Under the pieces are notes generated by a model. The model was not told where the DNA came from and ran no database searches. It was given only the letters and a program-made list of their open reading frames with translations. Below are positions 35,060 through 47,763 of a DNA stretch of 64,000 bases, in pieces; position 1 is the stretch's first letter, and each line of letters starts with the position of its first letter. This DNA comes from Felis catus (Eukaryota), in assembly GCF_018350175.1 (NCBI RefSeq), contig NC_058373.1:110300001-110364000 (forward strand), given 5' to 3'. The position numbers were made by a program, and so were the translations under genes.

Positions 35060-35709
35060 TGTTCCTAACCTGCAGCTCTTGACACACGGGAGACACCACT
35101 GACCTAATGGTCACCTCGGTCAGTGCCCTCTCTCCTTCTCTGCCGAGCACAGACCTCAGGGGAAGCCAAGGATGCTTATCTGTGGGTGAAGCCCAGACTC
35201 TCAGCGCCAGTGGCCCCTTCTGCAGGTGAGACATCCCCAGGACATGTGCAGTTCCCGAGCCGCTTAAGTTAAGGGACCACTTGGAAGAGAACCGGTCTCC
35301 ACTTTAACAATTGATGAAAGTGTTTGATAGGGAGAAATGGGCACTTCAAAAAAATTTTTTTTTTTTAAGAAGGCTTCATGCTCAGTGCAGAGCCCAGTGT
35401 AGGGCTTGACCCTGAGATCAAGACCTGAGCTAAGATCAAGAGTCAGGCACCTAACCAACTGAGCCACCCACGTGCCCCACTGTACTTTTTTTTTTTTTTA
35501 ACTGCCAAGTCTTTTGATGCTTTAAAATAATTCATTTCTTTTCATGGATTATAAAAATTCCAGAGGGACATTTAAGGGAAAAATGATACCCAAACTTTTT
35601 CTCTAAGCCACTGAGTTGGTTAGAAGGAGGTCCTTGCTCCAGTTTTGCAGAATCTTGACCTCCTTCTCTTCCAGTCCAAAGGAGGTGATGGTTCTATAAA
35701 CCTTTGACC
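35060..35709 (-). other. ESR2: Region orthologous to the human ER-beta2 (cx) alternative terminal exon, interrupted by a SINE at ~35354-35478
   Basis: Several - strand blocks resemble my recollection of the human cx exon/UTR; acceptor TTGACTTGCTCCAG|G at 35709/35710; usage in cat unproven. Confidence 0.6.
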
Positions 35710-35945
35710 CTGGAGCAAGTCAAAGTTCCAGTGAAAGAAAAGCGTCTGCATTTTAAAGCCTAATTGTACACATCCATTCTCAAAATAACGGTCTTTGAGT
35801 CTTGAGTCTATATGTCAGGCAAACCAGGACTCTTACGTGGATGAGCTGCATTTTATTTGAACACACAGTGCCTGTGGTCATAAATCACCAGGGTGAGATT
35901 AGTTGACCAAAGATTAAATTGCTGCCATTTAAAAAGTCTTTGACA

Positions 35946-37962
35946 GGGGCGCCTGGGCAGCATAGTCAAGTGTCCAATCTCGTGGTTCGAACCCCACGTT
36001 GGGCTCTGTGCTGACAGCTCAGAACCTGGAGCCTGCTTCAGATTCTGTGTCTCCCTCTCTCTCAGCCCCTCCCCCACTAGCACTCCCGTCTCTCTCAAAC
36101 ATTAAAAAAAAAATTTTTTTTTTAAGTCTTTGACAGCTTAAGACAGATTCTAACCCTCCTGAAATTGTAGGCAAGCATTTTTTGCTTATGTACCTTTTTC
36201 TGGGAAGACTGTCCATGGTTTTCATCAAATTCTTAAAGGGTGCTGCAAACCTAAAATAGAATAGAATTCAGATATGGGAACACAGACTAATTAAGCCTAA
36301 TTATTGAAAGTTCTTATATTCCCAACAAATACATTTTTAAAGCCAAAATTATGAAAAACACTTTATTTAGCTTATGTCACATTAAACTTCTTTCCATAAA
36401 CATTAAGGGGACACAGCAGAGGGGAAAAGCAGTCGTGGGAAGAATGGAAAGCAGACCTCAAAACTTGCTGTCACACAACATTCATTTGTAAAAAGGCCCA
36501 AATGTACAAGGCTGCTTAATGGTACAAAGCATTCACCTGAAAAAATGACAAGCTATAGCCAGCCAACAGGCTCTGAGGTACACAGGACCACCAGATGACA
36601 AAGCCACAGCACCAAGAGTCCGGGCAGTTAGACACCCAGCGCAGAAGAACAAACGTGCGGAGACCGTGCTAATAGGAGCTGCTCAGGACCAGCGTTCACA
36701 AGCCTTCGCCCTTCCCATGAAGGCCTCACAAGTGGATAGGATCCTTGGAACTCCAAAAATAAAAGAAAGGGGGGGAAAGAAGGATCCTTGACTCCAAAGC
36801 AACAAAAAGGGTTATAAGAAGATTGCATATCGCAGAGACAGTACACATCTTCGAGCTGTCACTGGAGCCGAAATTCCAGCAACTTTGAGAGCTACAAAGA
36901 ATACACGGCATGTGTTTCACACGATTGTATACCAAACTCCACGGGGAAGCATCAGTAAGTACCTAAAAGGTGTGAGAATTTTACAGGGGTAAATTTCCAA
37001 GGAACCCCGTATTCCACTCCAGTGTATCTGGGGAAAGCAATAGCAGATAGAAGGTGACAGGAATACCACCCACTGGCTTAGGAGCCCAGGGTGAGGAAAC
37101 ACTAGAACTCTTCATTTTCTGTTCCACCTGTATAAAGTTTTCTGCAGGCCCCATCTAAGCCAAAAAGGTAGGAGGACCTAAAGATACAACAGAGGGCAAC
37201 CGTAACTTTTTTCTTTTTTTTTTTTTTTTGAGAGAGCGGGCACAAGAGCAAGGGGCAGGAAGAGAGAGGAGAGAGAGAATCCCATAAAGACAGAGAGAGA
37301 GAGAAGTGGGACACGAGCTCCCGAACTGTGAGATCATGACCTGAGCTGAAGTCAGATACTCATGACTGAGCCACCCAGGTGCCCAGAGGCAACCCTAACT
37401 CTAATGTGTGTTACACACTGAGATTCACGTCAAGCAGCAGGAGCAATGCTGGCCAGGCAGGCAGAAGACTTCCATTCCTGTCCAACTTTTGCCGTAAGTA
37501 GTTTTATGACTTTGAGCAGGTCAGCTTACCCCTCTGGGCTTTAATTTTACGTGTGGATAAAAGATGAGACTCAACCTCTGTGTCAAGTTTGCAAGCTGTC
37601 ACTGTGCCTACAGGGTATTGCAGAAATTGGGAAGGCCCCACTTAAACCAGAGCAGCCATGCGTGTCAGATCGCAATTGATGAATGGATTCCGCAGTCTAA
37701 AAATATTTCTTGGGGCGCCTGGGTGGCTCAGTCGGTTGAGCGTCCGACTTCAGCTCAGGTCATGATCTCACGGTCCGTGAGTTCAAGCCCCGCGTCGGGT
37801 TCTGTGCCGACAGCTCGGAGCCTGGAGCCTGTTTCAGATTCTGTGTCTCCCTCTCTCTGACCCTCCCCCATTCATGCTCTGTCTCTCTCTGTCTCAAAAA
37901 TAAATAAACGTTAAAAAATTTTAAAAAAATCATATCATTTAAAAAAATAAAATAAAATAAAA
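35946..37962. mobile_element. Can-SINEs (+35946-36123 internally deleted, -37208-37385, +37712-37962)
   Basis: SINE motifs and tails. Confidence 0.88.
36362..36367 (-). terminator. Candidate poly(A) signal for a long ESR2 3' UTR
   Basis: AATAAA on - strand followed by GTGTTTTT and GT/T-rich sequence; TGTA upstream; other AATAAA candidates at 38273-38278 and 35852-35857. Confidence 0.35.
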
Positions 37963-40029
37963 ATATTTCTTTAGTGTTTTGGGGTTTTTTTTTGGTGTGT
38001 GTGTTGTTTTGTTTTTAACTAAACTGCATGATTACTTTAAGCTTTGGAACTTTACTTGTGTTTAGCTCTGTCACTAACTGCCCTGTGTGACCTTGAACAA
38101 GTTTTCTTGTACCCTCTGTTTTCCAGAGCCAGAAAATTAGGATAACGGTAATTATTATAAAGAGTAAATGCAGAAGTATGAGGCATGGAGAACTGTGGCA
38201 CACAGTAAGTGTTCCACAAGTGTTATTTTTAGGTACTAAATGATGTATTTTTATCATTTCCTTCACGTAACCTTTATTATGTTTTCTAAAAGGCTTTCAG
38301 CAGCTTAAAGAAATGGGTCAAATCTTACTCAATAAAAAACATTTTGTTTCAAAACAGACCTATATACTGAAGGTGCACCTTGAATTTGAAAAAGTGTCCC
38401 TATATGCAAGCTCCTTAGCTGATTTAAATAAAAACCAAACTTTTCACATGCTAGAATATTCTAGATTTGCTTCAACCTAGCTTACTTATATGATTATATA
38501 AGTCACTCTGCCAAGAACTGGTAACTCATGTCTTTTTACTGAACTCTAGAATAATTGCCTTCTAGCTGAGTCGGCAGGTGAAATAATCCAGATAAAGATT
38601 GTCTCACTGCAGAACTTTTGATTTGCCTTGTTTTGTTTTTAATACAGTTGAGACCCCCTAGATTTGTTATTAGACTGACAATCTTCCATTCCCACCTCAA
38701 GTGTTTAAGAAAAATCTCCTCAAAATGATGTTAGGGTCGAATCCTCTATAATGGTCCCAGTAGACAGTATGAATGTGACAGGCCTGAGGCCACACAGAGG
38801 GGACGGGGGAGGGGTGGGGGACACAGGACAACGTGTGCACACTCACTGTGCAGCCCCAGGCTCGCCCACACCGTCCTCTCTAGGAATTGCCAGTTCCCTC
38901 CCGGGATTCCGAGTGAATGCTCTCTTCTAACGTTCCCTGTGTTAAGAATATTCCATGTTAATTATTTCATTAACATTTGCCGTATGATTCTGTATGAGAC
39001 ACTCGTGTTTTTGGAATTAAGCCCAAATCTCATTCGTCTCCCACAAATAAGCTTCTTACGTTAAACAATAACTTGCAGATCAAAATGGAAGAAAAGAATC
39101 TTGCCACACGAGTGTGAGGCAAAGCTAAGATCATTTTTCCATAATACATAAAGTGTAGCTGGGTGGGGTTTTTTTCCCCTTCCGATACTCAAGTTAATTC
39201 CTGTTTACATTTATCAGGTCCTATTTCCCCGAGTTAATTCCTTTTGAAAACTGATCTTGGAAACAACAAAATCCTGGCTTAGCTATGGCAGAATTTAAAG
39301 TTGTCTATAGATCACTTTGAGGGGTATGGATACCCCCCCAAAAAAGACATTTAAAAGAAAGCACTATTAAAGAAAAATGATTCATCTTTAAAATGGATAC
39401 TGAGAGTTTACCAAAAACATAAAAACTGCACACTGGTGTCATCTTTAGAGGACACGTTTGGAGCAGATGGGCACAGAGATTCGAAACACTCCATCTGCAG
39501 TGGGGGAAAGGGCCCTAAAATATTCTAAACAAAATGAAGAACCCTTTTCAACTATACGCCACGTCATCTCAACTGCCTACTTGGCCCAGATCCCAGTTCT
39601 AAGAGACAGCCTTGCACGAAGGAGGCCCCCCCCCCCAGGCTAGACTAACCTGTACCAGCAGCACATCCCCCCCGAATGGCAACCTGAGCCAAGAAGAAAT
39701 TACCAACGTGTTACATCCCCCTCGTGGCTGAATCTAAATGCAGTGAAGCAAGCAGCCTCAAGGAGCATGCGGGAATAATGAGGGGCTGCGTAGTGGGCGC
39801 TGGAAGGGTTTACTCAAGCACATGCACCCTCCGGGCAAGCACAGGGTTTGGCACGGAAAGGTGCTTAGACACCTGGGACAAATCTGGTTTCTACCTTGGG
39901 CAGCAAAATCCAACCTAAAAAATGTCACTGCATGCTCCTGTGGCAGTGGCTGGGACCTCATTCTGTTTTGTTTTGTTTTTGAACCTGGTAGTCTCTTTTG
40001 TAAGTACAATTAAGAACATTTCATCAGCA

Positions 40030-40235
40030 GGGGCACCTGGGTGGCTCAGTCAGTTAAGCGTCTGACTTCAGCTCAAGTCATGATCTCACAGTGTCGTGAG
40101 GTCCAGCCCTGCATCGGGCTCTGTGCGACAGTGCGCAGCCTGCTTCAGATCCTCTGTCTCTCTCGCTCTCTGCCCCTCCTCAGCTTGCGCGCATGCGCTC
40201 TTTCTCTCTCGCATGCGCACACATAAACAAACATG

Positions 40236-40273
<38 letters not shown>

Positions 40274-41036
40274 TTCATCAGCAAATACTTGTTCAAGACT
40301 GCCTCCTTTGCCTCCCACTTCGGTTTCCCCAACCTGCTATCTTCTGTTCAATGTGCAGGGTTCTAGGCTGCCCAGAAAGAAAGAAAATTGACCTTCTGGA
40401 TGACACTGGTTCCCCAGTTCCTGTAAAAGGCAGTCCATGTGATCTATACCAAATCTCACCTAGGCTGCAACACTGAGCCACTAGGAATAATTTCAGGCCA
40501 CCTTAGACTACAGACAATGGCGTGTTCTCTAGGTCTGTGTCCACGTGTTTCTGAAACGGCTCTGCTCAACTTTCAGTAAAACTGCACCAAAATTAAGAAT
40601 TATCCAAGGACTCCCTGGCAGAAACCAACCTTTACAACATTGAATTTAATTTTCCTAATGACTTAGTAAATACAGAGTGTGCTAGCAAAGTAAACCTATT
40701 TTCGAAAAGAGAATGAGTTTAATCTCCTCTCACAAGGTAATTTTTTAAAACATCATCAAAAAAATCATACATGATTATTTAACTGCTCACTTTCAAGGTA
40801 CAGATGTAACTCATTTTACGCATTCACCATGTTCCTGAAGGTTTCCATTATGAAAAAGTGAGTTAAAATTGTAATTTCAGAGGTGCTTTATCACCTCGTC
40901 CTATTTATGTTCCACTTGAAATAGGAACTAATAGTTTACGAAGTTCCCCCCCACACACTCACCATAGAAGTGTTCTGATAAGAAACCAGTTCAAAAGAGC
41001 CGTAGGATGTAAAAGAATTCTTGCTATAAATATCCC

Positions 41037-41108
<72 letters not shown>

Positions 41109-42036
41109 TAGAGTTTGCAGACCAGGGTTGTTCAGGTGGTAATGCTCACCAAATCTACACTGTGGCCATGAACCCGACATACCGGTGTGTCTGTAGCCAT
41201 TCATCTTTCCACGGAACAGCATGCCTTGCACACACAGCCTGACGTGTCCCTGTCTATGGATGGCTGATGTGACAATTGTGGATGTCCCAGGGAAGCACTG
41301 TGGCTGTGACCCAAACCCACAAGAGAAACCCATTCCTGCAAACACTGGGCCTTTCTCCAGCACACACTGGGCACCTGAGACAAGAGAGTTTTGAGGAAGG
41401 AAAATTCCAGGGGCAGTTAGATTTAAATCTCTACAATCCTCCATGAAAGTGATCACAAACACACATGCACCCCAAATAATTAGCAGGCTCTATGAATGCA
41501 AACCAAAAGGAATGAACCTCTATGAAGATGGCAGCAAGGTCAAGTGCGGGGGGGGGGGGGGGGGCGGGGGTGGAGAACGTGGCTCACTTCCCAGCCTGAC
41601 CACCAGCTCCCCAGGTTGCAATCCCTCTGGCCTTCAATGGTAATAGTGATACATGGCCTTAGTCCTCACAGATTTGTGAGGCAGGTTTGTGGAACTAGTT
41701 CATTCATTCATTGTTTGGTTTTCAATCCTATAATCAAGTGGCCTGGAAGAGGGCAAACAAAGGCCTATCTAAGGGCAGGTTAGGTGACACAATAAAGGTT
41801 AGTCCACTTCTTGGGGCACCTGGGTGGCTCAGTCGGTTAAGCATCCAACTTCGGCTCAGGTCATGATCTCATGGTTTGTGAGTTCCAGCCCCACGTAGGG
41901 CTCTGTGCTGACAGCTCACAGCCTGGAACCTGCTTCAGATTCTGTGTCTCCCTCTCTCTGCCCCTCCCCTGCTCTCACTGTCTCTCTCTCTCAAAAAAAA
42001 AATAATAATAAACATTTAAAAAAAATTTTCTTTAAA
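40030..42036 (+). mobile_element. Can-SINEs (40030-40270 with (GA)n tail; 41812-42036)
   Basis: SINE motifs; TSD AAAGGTTAGTCCACTTCTT for the second. Confidence 0.9.
41041..41105. repeat. (TA)n microsatellite fused to poly-T
   Basis: Read directly from sequence. Confidence 0.95.
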
Positions 42037-42431
42037 GGTTAGTCCACTTCTTTAAAGTGCCTCATTCTCTCCCTCTCTACCTTATAAACCTTCCACGTCA
42101 GATTTCCACCATTCATTCCAAAACCTTCAGGATGTTTCCCAGAGGAACAGAAGGGAGATGGAAAGTAAGAAAGGAACCACACTGAGATTCTATGAGGCCA
42201 AGCGAGAGGTAAACTCTGCATTCAAACATGCTCCCTAGCTTTCTCAGCTAGGGAAGTGGAGAGGTCAGGTGAAGGATGGCACATGGCTGAGCCTACCATG
42301 ACCCAATGAGGGACCACGCAGGAGAAAGACGATGAAGCCCGCCCACTTCCAGATGGAGCTCGCGGTTTGCATTTGGGGTTCACACTTCAGCCTCTGACCT
42401 CCTCTGTGGCCTGTTCGCCCCAGGATGGGCA

Positions 42432-42621
42432 TCACTGAGGAGACTGGAGGTTCTGGAAGCCCTCTTTGCTCTTACTCTCCTCTGCCGGGCTGCACTCGGA
42501 CCCTGTGACCAAGGACTTGTGCCCGCGAAGCGTGTGGGCATTCAGCATCTCCAGCAGCAGGTCGTAGACTGGGACCACGTTTTTGCACTTCATGTTGAGC
42601 AGGTGTTCCATGCCCTTGTTA
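42432..42621 (-). CDS. ESR2: ESR2 last coding exon: (S)[29 protein letters not shown]... helix 11/12 (AF-2) and F domain, ending QSPQ*
   Basis: CCCATAG|T acceptor; 190 nt including TGA; diagnostic ER-beta sequence. Confidence 0.97.
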
Positions 42622-42859
42622 CTATGGGAACAAAGAGATGCTGAGAGTCCTTCCCGTGAGGCAGCCGTGGGAACTTCAAAATCTTCCCCAGCTCTCCCCA
42701 ACAAAGTCGGTCCACCCCACACCCCAAATCCCTTTGCCATTTGCTCTAGGTAGGGTCCTTCCATCTGGCTCCATCAATCATCTATACACTGAAGGGCAAG
42801 CACCTCAGTGTCCCACCACCCACCTGCAGTGGCCCGACAGAACCTGGCACGGAGTGCAA

Positions 42860-43487
42860 TTCTCATTTTTCATACCAGTTATGTTCTACATAGTTGCCAC
42901 CAACACTGAATCGGCAAATACACTGCTCCTGGGGAAAATACAGAGGCTCTGGTCACAACATTTTCATCCTCCAATTCATACATAACCTAGGTGTACCTGT
43001 GTTTGTGTTTAAAGACACCTTGTTTAACATAACTTGTCGCTTCATTAACATTTAACTCACAGTCTATGGTACCATAGCTCATGCATGAATAAAAGCTGAT
43101 CTGACTCGCGTATTCTCTCCATAAGGCATATCACAGCCTTCTTGCACTCAGGAACACTGACAGTGCTTCAGTACTGTGCTTGGGGGCCACATTTAGACAC
43201 TGAAATCTCCCAACAAAAAGCACAAAAAAGTGCAAAGACATGGCACTGAAGAGACCACGTAAAGGACATTTCTTTATAGTACAAGGGCTGAAACAAGAAT
43301 GCAAGTGTCACCTTGTTTGACCTCAGTTGGGAATGTACGTGTGGGCAACTCAAATTTTTTGCCACTCTGCACACGTCCTTGAATGAGCACGAAAAATGCC
43401 ACAGAGTATGGATTCAGGGGTTACAAATAAATTTGTAAACGTAGTCACCTTTGCAAATACAGAATCTGTGAATAATGAGAATGGATG
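42860..43487. mobile_element. MER82-like TcMar-Tigger DNA transposon, near full length
   Basis: Continuous similarity to MER82 consensus from memory (CTCTGGTCACAACATTTTCATC...CACAGCCTTCTTGCACTCAGGAACAC...GGGGTTACAAATAAATTT). Confidence 0.7.
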
Positions 43488-43898
43488 GTACCTGTTCTGA
43501 AAATGATCCTGGTGGCAAATAATCATTCAAGAGGAAACAAGGCAAAGGTTGTTTTCATTTCCGCCCCCTTGTAATAATCCTTGAGGTGAGTACTGTCCTT
43601 CCCCACGGCCCCCAGACTTTCGTCCTCCTTGGGTAGCAACTACTTTCCAACCTCATCTCCCCTCTTCCTGCTCCAGGGCAGGGTGACCCTCATCCCAGGA
43701 GCCATCTAGCACTGAGCATCACTATCCCAGCACAGAGCTACCATCCTACACCAGGGGAGTCCCTCGTCATCAGAACACATGATTCATGTTCCCTGAATAC
43801 ACTCCCCTCACGGCCCTACCTTCCTAAACCTGCTGGCCTCGCCAGTTCCCTTTGGTCTCATTCTTAATGTCCTGATGCTGTCACAAGAACAGAACCAC

Positions 43899-44008
43899 TC
43901 TTTAAACACAAACACAGGTACACCAAGGTTATGTATGAATTGGAGGATGAAAATGTTGTGACCAGAGCCTCTCAGGAACCTAACCCTGTATTTCCCCTAG
44001 GAGCAATG
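43899..44008. mobile_element. Inverted MER82-like fragment
   Basis: Reverse complement of 42923-43015 region. Confidence 0.8.
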
Positions 44009-44471
44009 CATTTGCTGCTTCAGTACTTCCCCAGATCACTAGCCTCAGGAGTTGATCTAACCTCCCCAAGAAAATGACCTCAGAGTAGTGGTGCAGGGAG
44101 GGGAGGCACGTCATGTTAGTAGAGACACTGCCCTTTTTAGAATTCCACGAACAAGCCCAAACCCCCAGCAACTAAAAAACAGAGGAAGGATGCCATAAAT
44201 ATCCTATAAGGGGTCACATGACATCTAGTCAGTGCCCACTATGCCAATCTTTGGCCACAGGCTCATGCACCGATGAAGGGACCCCACCACCACCACCATT
44301 CCCTTTTAGGGGGTTATTTTCCTTTAGAGGTAAAAATTCTACCTTATTACTCTCAAACTTGCAAACACTTTCTCAAAGCTCTTCACCCTTCTCAGAGCAC
44401 GTGCGTGCAACCCCCCCCCACCCCCACACATTCAGTGGAGCTGCCCTCCCACCCCCACCCCAGGATTGTAC

Positions 44472-44652
44472 CTGGCGTGTCTGACGTGAGAAAGGAGCAT
44501 CAGGAGGTTAGCCAGGCGGACTGGCTGCTGCTGGGAGGGAATCCCGCTCTTGGCAATCACCCAGACCAGAGCATCGGTCACGGCGTTCAGTAAGTGAGTC
44601 AGCTTCCGGCTGCTGTCAGCCTCCTGGCTTGCTGCGGCTAACGGGTGCATAC
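44472..44652 (-). CDS. ESR2: ESR2 penultimate coding exon (S)[59 protein letters not shown]
   Basis: TCCAG|GT acceptor, CAG|GTACAA donor, 181 nt (phase 1 to 2). Confidence 0.97.
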
Positions 44653-46859
44653 CTGGACGGAGAACAACAGCCACGAGTCATTGCTCTGAGGAGAGGGAAT
44701 GGAAGTCGTGTATCCAGCAGCTAAGAATGCCTACATTCTCCAGAAAGGGGGCCAAATTTATCTGGGCTGTTCTGGCATCTGCACGTAGAGTGAAGTCTTA
44801 AAATCTTCACCTGCCCATGGTGTCCTTCCCCCGAGAGCCAGCCCCGTCACCAGGCCTGGCTGAATGCGGGCCGACTAACTGGTCTCTCAAAATGCCACGT
44901 GGCCCACAACCGTGGCTTTTCCTAGCAGTAAACCTATCTGGTGGCCTGAACCATTACATGGTGTTTCTCAGCTGTAGTAACAGCTACATACAGAGAGGGT
45001 CAGAGAGTGAGATTAATTCTACTCTCAGCCCCTAGGAGGCCCCCTCATCTAAGGGGAGTTTAACAAACATAAACGAATGACCACGGCGACGTAGCCTCCC
45101 CTGTCCACCACATGCAGACAGCCATGGCAGGCCCGCTGTCCAGGCCCTTGGCATCACACCTCTGGTGGCACCTCGCTGGGGCAGGAAGACCATCTCTAGT
45201 TCTTGGACCCCAGACCAGTTCCCTAGTGCTTCCGGCCTGAGCACCTCATTGGGCAAAGCCTGCAGGCACAGGACTCCTGAGATCCCCAAAGCCATCCTCG
45301 AAGTAGGCTGTTCCCCACCCCCTACCTCATCTTACCCTGCCCGGTGTTTAATCCCCCTCTGGCTCTAGGATCTGAGATACTGTGGCCTCCCAGTATTTGC
45401 AAAATAATGGCTCAGGTAAATCCTCTTGCCCCCACACCCCACCACCAATCCTGCCTCCTGCATCCCTGAAAGCAGGGAAATAATTAGCTTCTCTTCCAGG
45501 CTTTCGGTTTCAAAGTAAGAATAAATGGCAACTCTGTGGAACCAACCAGGGACCTGCCGGCTGTGTGCTAGAAGGATAATGAGGACCAGCACGCCATCAT
45601 CCATGGAATTTGGGCACTTTCCATTCTCTTTTTTTTTATCGGTATTTTTAGTTCAATTAAGGTAGCTCAGTTCCACACAGTTCAGTGGAGGCAAGGGACA
45701 TCTTGAACCACAATTATGCAAGCGTAATGCTTCACCACACCCCTGGGGCCTGTCCCTCCACAATGTCTGACAATGTAGGCTTAAAATATTCATCTTTTTA
45801 CAGTAACCCAGAACTGCTTCTCTAACTCACAGGCTCACCTCATTCTCCACAGTGATGCTTCCTGAATCCCCCCATAGCCTCAAAACTCTGACTGAACCCC
45901 ACAGCAGGTGACCTGCCCTCACACCGCAAGGGAAACAGGTCCCACCCTTGGCCCAACGTGCCCCTTCCGAGCCACCAAAATGCAGACCCGCTCACGTGGC
46001 TCCCTTTCATGACTTCCCAGCTCTTGGGTCAGAGTCCAAACCACCTGACGCAGCTTTCAAGGGTACCAGGCCACTCTCTGCTCTTTTCACCCTCAACTCC
46101 CACCGCACCTCACCTTGAACCCTTTTAACTCCAGAGCAGGTGATGCAAAGAACACGCCCAACTTTCTGCTTAGGAACTCGCTCGCTCTCCCTCTCCTCCT
46201 CTCCACCCTCCCTCTTTTGCTTATTCACATCCACTCCTCCTTTAGATCCCAGCCTGGCTGTGAACTTCCTTCTGGATGCTCTCCTGACCTCCCTACTATC
46301 CCGCCCTAAGTCTACTCTGGTTCTCTGAAGTTCTGACAGCGCAGACGGCACCATGTTGTCCCACATCCTGGATTTCCTTATACACACCCATGGCCACCCT
46401 TCCACCCTCAGAGACACTGGACATAAGCACTTCGAGAGCACAGACCCTGTCTGCTTATCGTTATATCCTCATCACCCTACTGCAAAGACTGGCATGGAAT
46501 GAATACTCATAAAGGGAAGAATTAAGCTGAATGTACATAGGTTCAGATTTTTACATCAGGTTAGCCAATCACACCATCATAACTGAAATGATAAAAATGC
46601 GGGTTAATGCATATTTTAGGGATACGCACAGAAAATTATTAATCTCATTAAACTTACTTCCCCTAAAATTGACCCCAGCTGCACTAACAAGTGCTTTCTC
46701 TAAACTACCCTTCAGTCCATGCTTCTACAGGATGTGTGCTCCATGGATTTCTGCTGTCAGAAATATGTTTTTGGATTCTAAAAGGATGTGTGTTGGTCCA
46801 AAGTGACAAAGTGAAAAAATAAAAATAACTCCTCAGCTAAGTATACATAGCCATTTAGT

Positions 46860-47305
46860 ATTCACAGCACCATTACTCATGATAGCCTAAAAGTGGAAAC
46901 AAATCTAGTGCCCATTAATAAATGGATAAACAAAATGGGGTGTGTCCATACAATGGAGTATTACTCAGCCATAAAAAAGAACAAAAGACTCATTCATGCT
47001 ACAACATGGATGAACCTTGAAAACCTTATGCCAAGTGAAAGAAGCCAGTTACAAAGGACCACAATTTGTATGGTTCCATTTATAGGACGTGTCCAGTACA
47101 GGCATATCTATACACGGGGGTGGCTGCCTAGGAGTAAAGGTGGAAGAGAAATTAGGGAGGGATGACTAATGAGTACAGGCCTTCTTTTGGGGTGATGAAA
47201 ATATTCTAAAATTGGTTGTGATGATGGGTGGTGCATAAGTCTATGGACACACTAAAATCCACTGAATTGTATACTTTAAATGGGTGAATTGTCTAGTAGG
47301 TGAAT
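46860..47305 (+). mobile_element. Old L1 (L1M-type) 3' fragment
   Basis: ATGGAGTATTACTCAGCCATAAAAAAGAAC...CATGGATGAACCTTGAAAAC...TTTTGGGGTGATGAAAATATTCTAAAATTG. Confidence 0.8.
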
Positions 47306-47763
47306 CCCTCTTCACAAAGGAGTAGTCGTTGCCAAAGGCAAGCCCTGGGTCTTCTAGAGGCTGTGGGGGCAGTGCAGCTTCCTACCGGGCCATCACTGTC
47401 ATCACCAGCAAGGAGTTTGGGGACGGGAGTCAGTTAGGTTTTGTGAGGACTGTATCAATTTTAGATACGGGGAAAGTTTTTATATGCAGAAAGATTAACC
47501 TATATAAGATCATCCTGGGAAGGAATTTAGCCGAAAAATACCCATTTTGCTGCCTCGTTGGTCAGCAGTGCCAAGCCTGCACTTGGGCATTCACACACCC
47601 CGGGGCTCACCAAGCGTGTACTTACAGAGTCATTGCTAACTGGCAGGCTGTGGCAGAGGCAGGAGACAGGACACAAAGCCCTCACCTCTGGGATGCTCAC
47701 CACCCAGACACACAGGGAACAAAACTTAAGCTCTTCTACCAGCCAAAAGTAAAAACATCAGTT

